DNA from: Cyanobacteriota bacterium
Lineage (GTDB): Bacteria; Cyanobacteriota; Vampirovibrionia; LMEP-6097
DNA: 61,788 nucleotides
Reading direction: 5' to 3'
NCBI GenBank assembly: GCA_027618255.1
Contig: JAQCFG010000002.1
Coordinates: forward strand, 1 to 61,788
This document shows positions 26,361 through 36,496 of the stretch, in pieces; the stretch's first letter is position 1, and each line of letters opens with the position of its first letter. Position numbers and translations under genes: made by a program. The notes below the pieces were generated by a model, which was given only the letters and a program-made list of their open reading frames with translations, searched no databases and was not told the origin of the DNA.

Positions 26361-27956
26361 CTAAACAGCAACTGCTTTAGAATCCATTATTTTTTGACCA
26401 TTTAGTTTTTCTGATTTATGAAGTACAACTTGAGGATCTAATCCAGCTTCTTTGAGTTTGGCTTCAAGCATTTTTTCATTACGTTTGGCTTCTAATTTAT
26501 CTTCGTGCGCTGCGACGATTTGATCGAGCTTGGCACGTTTGGCTGCTGAACTGGCTTTGCCCTGTTCTGCTAGGCTATATAATTCTGCAGGAAGTGTGAA
26601 ACATTTTTTGACAAATAAGCCAAGAGCTTTCAGGTAGCCTCCGTCTTGTTCTGATCTTGCTTCATGTTCATGTTTCTGGATATCAACATCGTACATGTTT
26701 TTGATATTGGGATTGAAGATACCACTTTCCATCGCAAATGGAATTGGCATTTTGCTGTAAATATTTTTGGTAAGGAATTTCAACAATGGTTTAGTTACAT
26801 CTTCCATACCCTGAGTAAATGGTTTGAGCAATTTATGACTTAGGAAACTCCATTCATCAGTCATGCGACTTTCTTTGGCAATGCGCATTAAGCCGGATGT
26901 TAAAAAGCTAGCAGGGATTTCAGCAAATACTCTAAATATCATCGCTAAGGTGGCACCATTCATAAAAGGAACTCGGTAAGAGAGAATAGCAGCAGCTGCG
27001 TCACAAAAGTATTGCACCATTGGTACAAAGGTTCTGTTCTGAACAGCTGTCTCCAAGCAGGCGTCGAAGTTTTTGCCTTCAGTGTGAATGCCTGTTGCAC
27101 TGGTAATAATAGTTGAATTTAAACGACAAAAGGTAGTGAAGAGAATAGCACTAAGACCACGTAATGGACTTTTTACAGCGTCAAAACCATAGGCTTGAGT
27201 GTTCTTTGGAAGCAACAACATTGAGCCAAGGAAGGTACTACCTGTAACTCCTCCTAGCCATTTGTAATTAACATGCGGCGCGGACAATAAAGCCTTGCCA
27301 TCTTTTTTGAGAATTTGATTACCCTCTGAATCAATGATTGGAGTACCACTAGTTACACCAAGACAAATAGAAAAGATTTTGTCCATTTTGGTTTTGAGGT
27401 TCTTGTGGAAGAATTCACTGAATTTATCAACCCATTTAATAAATGGTTGTTTCATCACCTCATCCCTAAGTGCTTCTTCTTCTGGACTTAAGTTATGCTT
27501 GGCTGATTTTTTGTCGACGTTAAATTTCTGTGTAACAGTCCTAGCCAATAATACAGAAGGTATTGAGAAGAGTTGATTGGAAAGTTCTGGCATTAAGTAT
27601 GGTATCTTGATCCCCAGAAATGAGGTTTTGCCATTGAAAACTCTAACTGCAAGAGTGTTAACAATGTCACAAAGAAACCTTGATGGCAGATCATTCATAC
27701 AGGTCTTGTAAATGATTTCATCCATCGTTTGCTTAGAGTCTTTGAGTAAATTACTCAAGACAGTTGCAAGAAATGAACCCGACAAAATTTTGGGAATAGT
27801 TTTGAGAATGTCGTAACCAATACCAACAGCAAAATATTTTTCATCAAGACTTGGAGTCTCTGCTTTGCTTGTTTTAGTTGGACTAGATTTAGCCGTGCTA
27901 GTGCCAGAAGACCCAGAGCTCTTTGCTAGGTTTGCAGATTGTAATTTTGGAATCAT
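26361..27956 (-). CDS. hypothetical membrane-associated protein (531 aa)
   Basis: Ser/Thr-rich N-terminus, several hydrophobic segments, Lys-rich coiled-coil C-terminus. Confidence 0.6.
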   Translation of the reverse strand: MIPKLQSANLAKSSGSSGTSTAKSSPTKTSKAETPSLDEKYFAVGIGYDILKTIPKILSGSFLATVLSNLLKDSKQTMDEIIYKTCMNDLPSRFLCDIVNTLAVRVFNGKTSFLGIKIPYLMPELSNQLFSIPSVLLARTVTQKFNVDKKSAKHNLSPEEEALRDEVMKQPFIKWVDKFSEFFHKNLKTKMDKIFSICLGVTSGTPIIDSEGNQILKKDGKALLSAPHVNYKWLGGVTGSTFLGSMLLLPKNTQAYGFDAVKSPLRGLSAILFTTFCRLNSTIITSATGIHTEGKNFDACLETAVQNRTFVPMVQYFCDAAAAILSYRVPFMNGATLAMIFRVFAEIPASFLTSGLMRIAKESRMTDEWSFLSHKLLKPFTQGMEDVTKPLLKFLTKNIYSKMPIPFAMESGIFNPNIKNMYDVDIQKHEHEARSEQDGGYLKALGLFVKKCFTLPAELYSLAEQGKASSAAKRAKLDQIVAAHEDKLEAKRNEKMLEAKLKEAGLDPQVVLHKSEKLNGQKIMDSKAVAV

Positions 27957-28115
27957 AAGACTTCTTGTGAAATCTCTTTTCTCCGTTGATTATGTTCTTT
28001 TGAAATACTTGGCCACTACGCTAGTGCTGGCCAAATACGTATGTATTCAATTGAACTATTCGTCAATACTTACGTGTTGACATGTTTAATTATATAGGAA
28101 TAGAGCCATAATTTG

Positions 28116-28982
28116 CTAGCCTTTAAAATGTTTATAGATTTTAGCTTTAGTTAATAATTCGCCATTGAGGCTAATTTGACCGCTGCCTGCTTGGGCTTTA
28201 CCGATGACCTTGAAGCCATTAGGTGCTTTCATGCATATTGCCACTAGTTCGTAGTCCTCACCGCCGTAGAGCGCTTGTTCAAGGCTAATTCCTTGACTAT
28301 AGGGGATTGCAGTAGAGTCAATCTCTAGGTCAAGCTGGTTTTGCTCAGCTAGTTCAAACAATGCTTGCGCTAAACCATCACTGCTATCCATTAAGGCAGC
28401 TTGAGAATCAGTCTCTAGCAGTGCTTGAGCCTCTTGAAGTCGCGGTTCTGGTCTTAGGTGTTTTGCCGGGCAGGGCTTAGTAGTATTTTGCAAGAAATCT
28501 CCCGTCTCGCCAAAACTACCTGTGACACAAACCAAACTACCTGGCTGAGAGGATTTGCGCATTAGAGCTTTAGTTGCTTTGCCGACTATGGCAATTGAGA
28601 TACTGGTTTTGGCACTTGAGCCACAAATATCTCCACCAATGACTTTGGGATTGCCAAAGGCTGCAGCGCATTGATTGAGCCCGGTATAAAAATCCTTAAC
28701 CCATGTTGTTTTGTCATGAATAGAATCGCTAAGACTAAGCCCAACCAAAATAAACAAGGGTTCACCTGCCATTGCTGCAATGTCTGAAATGTTGACGGCT
28801 AGTGCTTTCCAGCCAATATCTTCTACACTAAAATAATCATTACTATAATGAACATCCTCTACAAAATTGTCCAATGCAAAAAGATATTGCTGGTTGCCAA
28901 GTTCAATGACGGCACAGTCGTCACCGATGAGGCTTGGGTCTTGGACCATGGATTGAATCGTTTGGATTAATTGTTGTTCCAT
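28116..28982 (-). CDS. thiL: thiamine-monophosphate kinase
   Basis: IGDDCAVI N-terminal motif and AIR-synthase-like fold signatures. Confidence 0.8.
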   Translation of the reverse strand: MEQQLIQTIQSMVQDPSLIGDDCAVIELGNQQYLFALDNFVEDVHYSNDYFSVEDIGWKALAVNISDIAAMAGEPLFILVGLSLSDSIHDKTTWVKDFYTGLNQCAAAFGNPKVIGGDICGSSAKTSISIAIVGKATKALMRKSSQPGSLVCVTGSFGETGDFLQNTTKPCPAKHLRPEPRLQEAQALLETDSQAALMDSSDGLAQALFELAEQNQLDLEIDSTAIPYSQGISLEQALYGGEDYELVAICMKAPNGFKVIGKAQAGSGQISLNGELLTKAKIYKHFKG

Positions 28983-28997
28983 TGCTCTTAATTGTAA

Positions 28998-29071
28998 GGC
29001 ATGCGTTTCGCATGGTTGCTACCTTTTTTAAGCGACCTGTATCTTCGAAACGCTGTTTCGAAACAGGTCTA
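28998..29071 (-). repeat. family-1a element, 5' two-thirds only
   Basis: Reverse complement reads TAGACCTGTTTCGAAACAGCGTTTCGAAGATACAGGTCGCTTAAAAAAGGTAGCAACCATGCGAAACGCATGCC. Confidence 0.85.
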
Positions 29072-29101
29072 AGAAACTTAATTAGGAGTTATAATGACCC
29101 C

Positions 29102-29575
29102 ATGAAAGCAATCTATGCAGGAAGTTTTGATCCACTTACCTTGGGACATTTGGATATCATCCAAAGAGCTTCCAAGATTTTTGCTGAGGTATTGGTTTTA
29201 ATTTCAGAGAACAATGACAAGTCTGGGCATATCCCCGTTGAGGACAGGGTTGCATTGATTGATGAAGCAACCAAGGATTTGCCTAATATCAAAGTCGGTG
29301 TACATAGCGGTTTGGTTGTGGAATATGCCAAAGCTAATTCATATGATTGCTTGCTGAGAGGGATGCGTGCAGCTTCGGATTTCGAAGGTGAGCTTGAGTT
29401 GTCCCAGATTAATCATGCGCTTTCTGATGGTTTAGAGACTATCTTTTTGATGACTAATCCAGGATATTCGTTTATGAGAGCGAGCCGGGTTTGGGAATTA
29501 CTCAAATATAGCGATGATTTATCGCTTTTGGTGCCTGAGAATGTTGCACTTTACATAAACACCAAATACAGATAA
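29102..29575 (+). CDS. coaD: phosphopantetheine adenylyltransferase
   Basis: MKAIYAGSFDPLTLGHLDII; start moved to ATG 29102 because the upstream ORF part reads through the repeat. Confidence 0.9.
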   Translation: MKAIYAGSFDPLTLGHLDIIQRASKIFAEVLVLISENNDKSGHIPVEDRVALIDEATKDLPNIKVGVHSGLVVEYAKANSYDCLLRGMRAASDFEGELELSQINHALSDGLETIFLMTNPGYSFMRASRVWELLKYSDDLSLLVPENVALYINTKYR

Positions 29576-29619
29576 ACTATAGTTGTTGGGGATACGGATC
29601 GTTGTAGGAGGCGTGGCAA

Positions 29620-30237
29620 TTGGACATATATCAAAAAATTGATGAGATCGGCGAATACATTGAACAAGCTAAAGTTGTTCCGGTATTAAACCAAAAATTG
29701 TTGGACGTTGATTATTTAATGAGATCTCTTGAAGAACTTTATTCTATGATCCCCTCTGAGATTAAGGAAGCTAAGGCGATGCTTAATCAATTGCAACAAC
29801 GTGAAGCTGATTCTAAAGCCTCAGCTAATGAGTTGATGGAAAAAACAAAATCCGAATGTACTCGTTTAATGGAGATCGCTAGAATCGAGTCACACAAGTT
29901 GATTGATGGACATGAACTTAGATTACAAGCGGAGCAGCAAGCAAAATATATTCAATCTGAAACTATTGAAGAGGTTGAACGCATACGCGCAGAGACCTTA
30001 GTTGAGCTTGAACAAATGAGACGCGAATCTCTTGAGAGAGCCAGAGAACTTGAAGATGCTTCGCAACACAGAGCCCGTGAATTAAGACTTGAAACTGAGC
30101 AATATGCTGATGAAGTTCTAACTCAAATTGAAGGTACTCTCTCTCAAATCAGTACTGTCAGCAAAAACTGCCGTAAATATTTTGCTAATCACCGCGAGAA
30201 GGATATAATGACGCCACGAGCGGCTATGAACAACTAG
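29620..30237 (+). CDS. coiled-coil protein (hypothetical)
   Basis: TTG start 8 nt after TAGGAGG; heptad-rich Glu/Arg sequence. Confidence 0.55.
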   Translation: MDIYQKIDEIGEYIEQAKVVPVLNQKLLDVDYLMRSLEELYSMIPSEIKEAKAMLNQLQQREADSKASANELMEKTKSECTRLMEIARIESHKLIDGHELRLQAEQQAKYIQSETIEEVERIRAETLVELEQMRRESLERARELEDASQHRARELRLETEQYADEVLTQIEGTLSQISTVSKNCRKYFANHREKDIMTPRAAMNN

Positions 30238-30487
30238 AAGCTTGTAGGGAGCCCCAGAACTGCGTTATTTGAGCTTTCATGTGTTATAACACACTTCAAG
30301 CACACCCTTGCGGGCTTCAAATGTCTTGCCTCTGAAGCTCTTGAACTAGAATTAACAGATAAGGGTGAGAAACTTAAAAATTTATATCATGTACCATATT
30401 AAGATGTTTTTTGCTAATATTAAGTTTGAAATGTTGTTAGTTAATAAGAGACATTTTCAGAAATGCGGGATTCAATTAAATAAGGAT

Positions 30488-30562
30488 GCGGAAGTGGCTC
30501 AGTGGTAGAGCATTTCCTTGCCAAGGAAAGGGTCGAGAGTTCGAATCTCTTCTTCCGCTCCA
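30488..30562 (+). tRNA. tRNA-Gly (anticodon GCC), CCA encoded
   Basis: Cloverleaf by hand: acceptor GCGGAAG/CTTCCGC, D arm GCTC-AGTGGTA-GAGC, anticodon stem TTTCC/GGAAA, loop TTGCCAA, T arm GAGAG-TTCGAAT-CTCTT. Confidence 0.95.
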
Positions 30563-30573
30563 TTATAGAAAAA

Positions 30574-30606
30574 GAAAAAATCCCTATCAAGGGATTTTTT
30601 CTTTTT
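30574..30606 (+). terminator. rho-independent terminator after tRNA-Gly
   Basis: GAAAAAATCCC-TATCAA-GGGATTTTTTC followed by T-run. Confidence 0.7.
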
Positions 30607-30766
30607 ACCCTACGGGTCGCTAGGAAGACATCCAGACCTCAAAACCTTAATCAACAATAAAGACCGAGCCCTCAGCCAATGCAAATGCTAGAATTAGCCT
30701 GGTATTTGGTCCTTCTATGCAAGTGCGTAGATGATCTGGGGGCTGACTAAATATAAGGATACAAAA

Positions 30767-31861
30767 ATGGCAATAGAACAAATATTAGACTTAGAAGCAG
30801 AGTTCACAAAACTCTTGAACAAACCAACAAAAAACCAAGATTTTCAACTTGGCCAGATAATTACTGGGAAATTACTTCATTATGAAAAAGACACAGCTTT
30901 AATTGACATTGGTTCAAAAGCAGAAGCGGTACTTCCGTTTAAAGAAATTAACAATAAAGAAGATATCGAAAAACCAACTGATGTACTTTCAGCTGGTGAA
31001 GAATATGAATTTTATATTTTAAGAGAACCAAATGCAAAGGGTCCAATGATTCTTTCATACAAACGTGTAGCTCAAGCGCGCGGTTGGGTTAAGCTCGAAG
31101 AACTTAAGACTAAGGATGACGCCATCACCGGTCAAGTGGTTGCACTTGTGAAGGGTGGAGTTGTTATTGAATCATACGGTGTACGTGGTTTCATTCCTGC
31201 GTCACAACTTAGATTACGTGGTGAAGCTAATAACGCCAAAGGTACAGAGATTGAATTCAAGATTCTTGAACTTGATAAACGCAAGGGTAAATTAATTTGC
31301 TCACAAAAAATTGCAATGGAAGAAGAGAAAGCTGGTCTTAGAGACAAGGCAATCAACGAACTAGAAATTGGACAAGTACTTTCTGGTGAAGTTGTTCGAG
31401 TTGCTGAGTTTGGTGCTTTCATCGATATCGGTGGTATTGATGGTTTGCTTCCAGTTTCAGAAATTTCTTGGCAGCGTATCGCGCATCCTCGTGAGCTTCT
31501 TAGTACTGGCGACAAGATCTCAGTTAAGATTTTGAAGATAGACAAAGCTACTAAAAAAATCTCATTAAGCTACAAGAGACTTCAGCCAGATCCTTGGACT
31601 GAAATCGAAGGCAAGTTTGCAGAAGGAATGGTCGTCAAAGGTAAAGTAGTTAAGTTAGCTGTCTTTGGTGTATTCGTTGAGATCTATCCAGGAGTTGAAG
31701 CATTGCTTCCTGTTTCTGAAATTACAAATGACGAAGAAGACCCAAGTCCAGACAACTACCTCAAGCCTGATGATGAAGTTGAAGTACTGATTAAGAAGTT
31801 CTCTCCTTATGAGAGACGTATTAGTTTGTCACTTAAGGACGTTCAAGCAACTCAGTATTAA
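30767..31861 (+). CDS. rpsA: 30S ribosomal protein S1 (four S1 domains)
   Basis: Repeated S1 OB-fold motifs (G.V..V..FGAF.DIGG.DGLLP.SE); start set at ATG 30767. Confidence 0.9.
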   Translation: MAIEQILDLEAEFTKLLNKPTKNQDFQLGQIITGKLLHYEKDTALIDIGSKAEAVLPFKEINNKEDIEKPTDVLSAGEEYEFYILREPNAKGPMILSYKRVAQARGWVKLEELKTKDDAITGQVVALVKGGVVIESYGVRGFIPASQLRLRGEANNAKGTEIEFKILELDKRKGKLICSQKIAMEEEKAGLRDKAINELEIGQVLSGEVVRVAEFGAFIDIGGIDGLLPVSEISWQRIAHPRELLSTGDKISVKILKIDKATKKISLSYKRLQPDPWTEIEGKFAEGMVVKGKVVKLAVFGVFVEIYPGVEALLPVSEITNDEEDPSPDNYLKPDDEVEVLIKKFSPYERRISLSLKDVQATQY

Positions 31862-31885
31862 TCAAACTCATCGACTAATTCAAAA

Positions 31886-32089
31886 TCACAGCTTTCTATA
31901 GATCTGTTGATTGCTTGCAACGAAGGAGGCTTGTTGCAGCTTACTTTTAGTCAAGGCTGATGATAACTTATCACCGACACCTTTGTTTGCAACAAACAAA
32001 TCTGAGTAGTCAATATCTGGTCTCTGTAGAATTACTACTGAGCTTCTGACGGCCATATTGCCGCCTCTAAATTTGGGTTTTAACGCCAT
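31886..32089 (-). CDS. hypothetical small protein (67 aa)
   Basis: ORF only. Confidence 0.3.
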   Translation of the reverse strand: MALKPKFRGGNMAVRSSVVILQRPDIDYSDLFVANKGVGDKLSSALTKSKLQQASFVASNQQIYRKL

Positions 32090-32104
32090 AATTATATTTT
32101 GCCC

Positions 32105-32356
32105 TTATTCAAGAGCATGCTCCCTCTGTAATTTAGCCCAAATTGCCCAGCTTTGTTCTTCCAAGCTTGAAGCGCTGATTCTTTTGCTTACTTGAATAGC
32201 CGTCTTCATTGTGGCTACTAAAGACAACAAGCTCTCTGGTGCTTTGGTCCAGCTCAATTTATACAAAGCCTGTTTGAAAACAGCTGGATATTGTAATAAA
32301 TTTGCTTCTAATAACTTGTCTTTTGCAGTTCCCTGCGTTAATCCCGTATATGACAT
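32105..32356 (-). CDS. hypothetical small protein (83 aa)
   Basis: ORF only; tandem with 31886-32089. Confidence 0.3.
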   Translation of the reverse strand: MSYTGLTQGTAKDKLLEANLLQYPAVFKQALYKLSWTKAPESLLSLVATMKTAIQVSKRISASSLEEQSWAIWAKLQREHALE

Positions 32357-32453
32357 CCCGATCCCCCCGATTGTGTATAGATAATATATGCCCGGATTTT
32401 GGAGTTTATAACGGTGAATCTCCTAAATTTATAGACAAGGGTATAGTAAGAGG

Positions 32454-33128
32454 ATGAATGAAGCCAGATCTTTACTACGGCAAGAAGCTCATGGAGTTTT
32501 AGCGACTATTTCTTTGGATTTGCCTGGCTATCCTTTTGGCTCTTTGACTCCTTATAGCTTAGACGAGCGATGTAATCCAATAATTCTTGTTAGTGATATT
32601 GCTCAGCATACCAAAAACATTAAAGCTGATTCACGAATATCTCTTACTGTTGTTGAAGACGGTGATCAAAATAGTGGCAGGCTAACTTATGTCGCTGACG
32701 CTATTAGAGTTGAGGATGACTTAGTTGCTGATGGTTATTTCCGTAATTACCCAGCTGCTCGTCAGTATGGACAAGCACATAGTTTTGGTTTTTATCGATT
32801 GGAATTGAAGCGCGCTCGTTATATCGCTGGCTTTGGCAAAATCTTTTGGGTTGAGCCAGATGAGTTTCTGCAGACGAATCCCTTTTGGGGTGAAGCTGAA
32901 AAGCGTGTTGTTGATCACATGAACGCTGATCACGCTGATGCTTTGGTCAAGTACTGCACAAAGTACAAAGAACTGTCTATTACCGAAGAGGATCAACTCG
33001 CAATGACAGGTATTGATGCAGAGGGTTTTGATTTATTACTCAATAAAACGAAGTTGCGTTTTGAGTTTAAAGAAGAGATTAGTACTAGTGATGAGGCTCG
33101 TTCTGTTTTGGTGGCGATGGCGGCTTAA
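32454..33128 (+). CDS. pyridoxamine 5'-phosphate oxidase-fold / DUF2470 protein (HugZ-like)
   Basis: N-terminal split-barrel signature GVLATIS...GYPFGS...YV and C-terminal HMNADHADAL. Confidence 0.65.
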   Translation: MNEARSLLRQEAHGVLATISLDLPGYPFGSLTPYSLDERCNPIILVSDIAQHTKNIKADSRISLTVVEDGDQNSGRLTYVADAIRVEDDLVADGYFRNYPAARQYGQAHSFGFYRLELKRARYIAGFGKIFWVEPDEFLQTNPFWGEAEKRVVDHMNADHADALVKYCTKYKELSITEEDQLAMTGIDAEGFDLLLNKTKLRFEFKEEISTSDEARSVLVAMAA

Positions 33129-34426
33129 CCCTTATACAAACAAACAACTCTATCCAATTTCAATCCCTGATCTTCTTTCAAGAAAGCAGAATTGTAACAA
33201 CTTGTTCTTGGAATGTCATCATTGATAATTAGTTCGACGCTAAAACCAGCAGCTTCTGCTTCTTGAGCAATGATTTCTGCGGTGATGATTTTGTAGGCGC
33301 CGGCTTTGGTCTTTTTGATTACGTCACCCACTACGTAAAAAGCCCAGCGACCAGGTTTGAGGACTTTGTAAGCTTCTTGCAAGTGAATACCAAGAGCTGC
33401 TGAGTATTTGTCCTCAACGGCAGTATGCAAGGTTTGTTTGCGCACTTCTTTAAAATCAAATCCTAAAAACCACTCACGTAACCAATTATCCCAAGCATAA
33501 CTCTGAGCTGTGAAATAAGGTGGGCTAGTGACAATCAAGTCTACCTGCGCTTCTAGGCTTGCTGGCATGTCCATGGCTGAGCCGAGTATTGCTCTGCCTG
33601 CTTTGGTCGTTTCACCATCGCGCATGAGTTTCTGTGAGCGTTTGATGAGACATTCTTTAAGATCACGCACTGGCTTTTCTAAGCCATGTTTTGCAGCGTA
33701 GTTTTGTACATAGTTTGGAGACATGCTGTAACTATGTGAGCAAGGCACAGAGAGACTAATCTCAGAAGATCCGTGCAAGATACCAATCATCACTCCTGCC
33801 CAGTATTGAGCGTGCAACGAGTCTTTGCATTTGCTTTTGGCTTGCTCGTATTGAGGCGCATCAATATAACTTAGATGTCTAAAAGAATAGGCTCCAGACA
33901 GTGCTTCTCTAAATCCAAGGATTTGTTTCAGCACATCTTCATGATAAAAAATCTTGACTTCATTAGGAACTTCATCCAGGGCAGCTTGGCTGACTGGCGG
34001 AAATTTTAGATTACGCAAATATTCAATTGCTTCTTCTTGTTTGATTTTGATTGTCTTCGCTGCAGTCAGTGCATAGGCTTCTGGAGCAACATCAAGACCA
34101 ATACCCAATCTATCTGTCAAGCAAGCTTGTAGTGCCGTTGTGCCCTTACCAGAAAACGGATCAAGTACCGTATCACCTTCAAGACTAAAATTACTGATAA
34201 AATAATCTGCAAGCGCAGGTGGGAAAGATCCAGAGCGTGATGCCATGCCATGAAGGCTATGACCCCAGTTACGCTTTTTGCCTTTCCAAGAATCTTTAAT
34301 TTGATAACTGCTGGTTATCATTCGCCCTTTATGTTCTGTAACATCCGCTTCAGCAACTAGTTCTGCGAGCCCTGTTTTAAGTTTTGGTTTTTCGGTAGTT
34401 TTATTCTTTAATTGAGCTCGGGCCAT
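33125..34426 (-). CDS. DNA methyltransferase (N4-C/N6-A class), motif order I then IV, no partner endonuclease seen
   Basis: Motif I VLDPFSGKGTTALQA near N-terminus, motif IV DLIVTSPPYF about 200 aa later. Confidence 0.8.
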   Translation of the reverse strand: MARAQLKNKTTEKPKLKTGLAELVAEADVTEHKGRMITSSYQIKDSWKGKKRNWGHSLHGMASRSGSFPPALADYFISNFSLEGDTVLDPFSGKGTTALQACLTDRLGIGLDVAPEAYALTAAKTIKIKQEEAIEYLRNLKFPPVSQAALDEVPNEVKIFYHEDVLKQILGFREALSGAYSFRHLSYIDAPQYEQAKSKCKDSLHAQYWAGVMIGILHGSSEISLSVPCSHSYSMSPNYVQNYAAKHGLEKPVRDLKECLIKRSQKLMRDGETTKAGRAILGSAMDMPASLEAQVDLIVTSPPYFTAQSYAWDNWLREWFLGFDFKEVRKQTLHTAVEDKYSAALGIHLQEAYKVLKPGRWAFYVVGDVIKKTKAGAYKIITAEIIAQEAEAAGFSVELIINDDIPRTSCYNSAFLKEDQGLKLDRVVCLYKG

Positions 34427-34493
34427 AGAGTATTAGTCGTTCATTTGGCCCGAAGAGTTCCTCAAAGCGAGCTAGAAAATCCAATAACTTTAT

Positions 34494-34517
34494 TAGACCT
34501 GTTTCGAAACAGGTCTA
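34494..34517. repeat. 24-bp minimal family-1a palindrome
   Basis: TAGACCTGTTTCGAAACAGGTCTA; its last 3 nt are the stop codon of the adjacent gene. Confidence 0.9.
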
Positions 34518-36341
34518 TTGACTATTGTTCTTCGAACGATTAAATAAAGACGGAATAATTTCTTTGTAGTTGGCTCTTATGACATTACGTTTGACTTTGA
34601 GCGTTGGAGTAAGTTCCCCACTTTCAATAGTAAGTTCATTATCCAGGAGATGAAAAGCTTTGATTTGTTCATGTTGATCAAGCTCACGATTAAATCTATT
34701 AACTTCACTCTCTATTAATTCATTAACATCTTTATTGTCACAGAATTTTTGTGCTGGATCATAATTTAGTCTTGTCTCCTCGAGATAAAGCTTGATTGCT
34801 GCCCGGTCTGGGACCAAGAGTGCTGCAAGATATTTTTCTGCTTCGCCGAGTATCACAGCTTGGTTGATATATTTACTTGCAAGCAAGACGGCTTCGACTT
34901 TTTGAGGTGCTATGTTTTTGCCACCAGCAGTAATTATGATGTCTTTTTTGCGTCCCGTGATACTGAGGTAACCATCGCTGTCAAAGCTTCCAAGATCGCC
35001 GGTATGGAACCAACCATCCTCGTCTATCACTTCTCTAGTGGTTTCTGGTTCTTTATAATATTCTTTAAATACAGATTCGCCACGACAAATTATTTCGCCA
35101 TCATCACCAAATTTGATTTCAAAATGAGAGAATGGAATTCCTACTGTGCCGGGTTTGTTTGCCCATGGAGGATTAACGGTGATTGGTGCAGAGGTTTCTG
35201 TTAATCCATAACCTTCTACAACGGCAAAACCAAGAGCTAAGAAAAAGAAAGCAAGTTCTTTAGAAAAAGCAGCTCCGCCAACTACAAAGATTTTGAGATT
35301 GGGAGCAATTTTGGCTTTGACTTTAGACAAGACCATTTTGTAAGCGAGACTATGTTGAAGTTCTAGCTCCCAGCCTATCGTTTCCTTTGCTAGTTTTTTT
35401 TGTTGATAAAGTAAAGCAAGTTCTAATGCTTTATTAAATGCTTTTTGTTGTAATGCACCTTGCTTACTGACGTTGAGAATGATTTTGGCATGTATCTTTT
35501 CAAGCATTCTTGGCACTACGTTGATAATGTGACAATCTGATTCAAGTAAGAGCTTTGGTAATAGCTCGACTTTTTCACAGTAAGAGAAGATGACGCCTTG
35601 ATCAATACCGTAGATTTGACCAGCGATACGTTCAAAAATATGCGCAAGCGGCAAGAAGGAAAGCATGTGCATACCCTCTTCTAGTGGTACGTATTGATAG
35701 AAAGATAGTGCAGCAACTAAGAAGTTACGATGAGTTAAGACTACTCCCTTGGGAATGCCAGTTGTTCCAGATGTATAGATGATACTACAAAGATCATCGA
35801 GCTCTACATAGCTTACTTTGTTGATTATTAATCCTGGGTTTTTCTTTAATGCTTCTTTGCCGATCTTTTGAAACTCAGTGAGTGTAAGGATCTTGGGGTC
35901 ATTTTGTGGAATGTCTCCACGGTCTTCCATTACAATTACGTAACGAAGATTAGGCAGATTTTCCCATGAAGCCCTTAATTTTTGTAATTGGATTTTATTA
36001 TGTACAAATACAATTTCAATTTCGGCATGATTAACTATATATTCAATGGTGTCACTGGTAGAATTGTGATACATCGGCACAGTGCAAGCTCCGAGACTAA
36101 GTATCGCCATGTCGCATGGAAGCCAGTGATGGCAGGTAACAGAAAGAAGTCCAACTTTGGATCCTTTGCCAATATCAAGTTCATCTAGTCCTGCCGCAAT
36201 TTCTTCGATTTTGACGCGCACTTCTTTCCAGGTGGATTGTTCTAGTGGACGATTTGGATGCGTTTTGAAACGCATGAGAACTTTTTTTTCGTTCTTCTCT
36301 GCTTTTTTAAAAAATAAATCGGCTACGTTTTTGTATTTCAT
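34515..36341 (-). CDS. long-chain fatty acid--CoA ligase (AMP-dependent synthetase)
   Basis: AMP-binding motif IIYTSGTTGIPKGVVLTHRN and TGDLG, GRKKDII. Confidence 0.85.
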   Translation of the reverse strand: MKYKNVADLFFKKAEKNEKKVLMRFKTHPNRPLEQSTWKEVRVKIEEIAAGLDELDIGKGSKVGLLSVTCHHWLPCDMAILSLGACTVPMYHNSTSDTIEYIVNHAEIEIVFVHNKIQLQKLRASWENLPNLRYVIVMEDRGDIPQNDPKILTLTEFQKIGKEALKKNPGLIINKVSYVELDDLCSIIYTSGTTGIPKGVVLTHRNFLVAALSFYQYVPLEEGMHMLSFLPLAHIFERIAGQIYGIDQGVIFSYCEKVELLPKLLLESDCHIINVVPRMLEKIHAKIILNVSKQGALQQKAFNKALELALLYQQKKLAKETIGWELELQHSLAYKMVLSKVKAKIAPNLKIFVVGGAAFSKELAFFFLALGFAVVEGYGLTETSAPITVNPPWANKPGTVGIPFSHFEIKFGDDGEIICRGESVFKEYYKEPETTREVIDEDGWFHTGDLGSFDSDGYLSITGRKKDIIITAGGKNIAPQKVEAVLLASKYINQAVILGEAEKYLAALLVPDRAAIKLYLEETRLNYDPAQKFCDNKDVNELIESEVNRFNRELDQHEQIKAFHLLDNELTIESGELTPTLKVKRNVIRANYKEIIPSLFNRSKNNSQ

Positions 36342-36365
36342 TTACTTGCTGGGCTCTGTGATTCC

Positions 36366-36393
36366 TTGATTTGTATGCTTGGACGTTTATAAT
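36366..36393 (+). promoter_or_regulatory. candidate sigma70-type promoter upstream of pilC
   Basis: TTGATT - 16 nt - TATAAT, about 100 nt upstream of ATG 36497. Confidence 0.35.
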
Positions 36394-36496
36394 ATACCAC
36401 TAGCGTATTTTTCTTAAGCGCATTTTTACTGGGATCAATTTCTAATATTTTTCGTCAGCTAGTCTAGGGCAAGCAGTAAGCTTGCTTTGTATATAC

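Noticed and set aside
28934-29101. N-terminal 56-codon extension of coaD in the track ORF
   Set aside because: The extension starts inside thiL on the opposite strand and reads through repeat 28998-29071. Canonical CoaD begins at MKAIYAGSFDP (ATG 29102).
31886-32356. Two tandem small ORFs (83 and 67 aa) as a toxin-antitoxin pair
   Set aside because: The size and arrangement fit, but no toxin or antitoxin motif is recognisable and even coding status is uncertain.
33125-33128. Convergent genes sharing overlapping stop codons (TTAA here, CTAA at 59959-59962), and longer convergent overlaps at 1557-1597 and 57151-57206
   Set aside because: These are consistent with a generally compact genome. 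The longer overlaps may reflect slightly mis-set 3' ends, and there is no evidence of a special mechanism.
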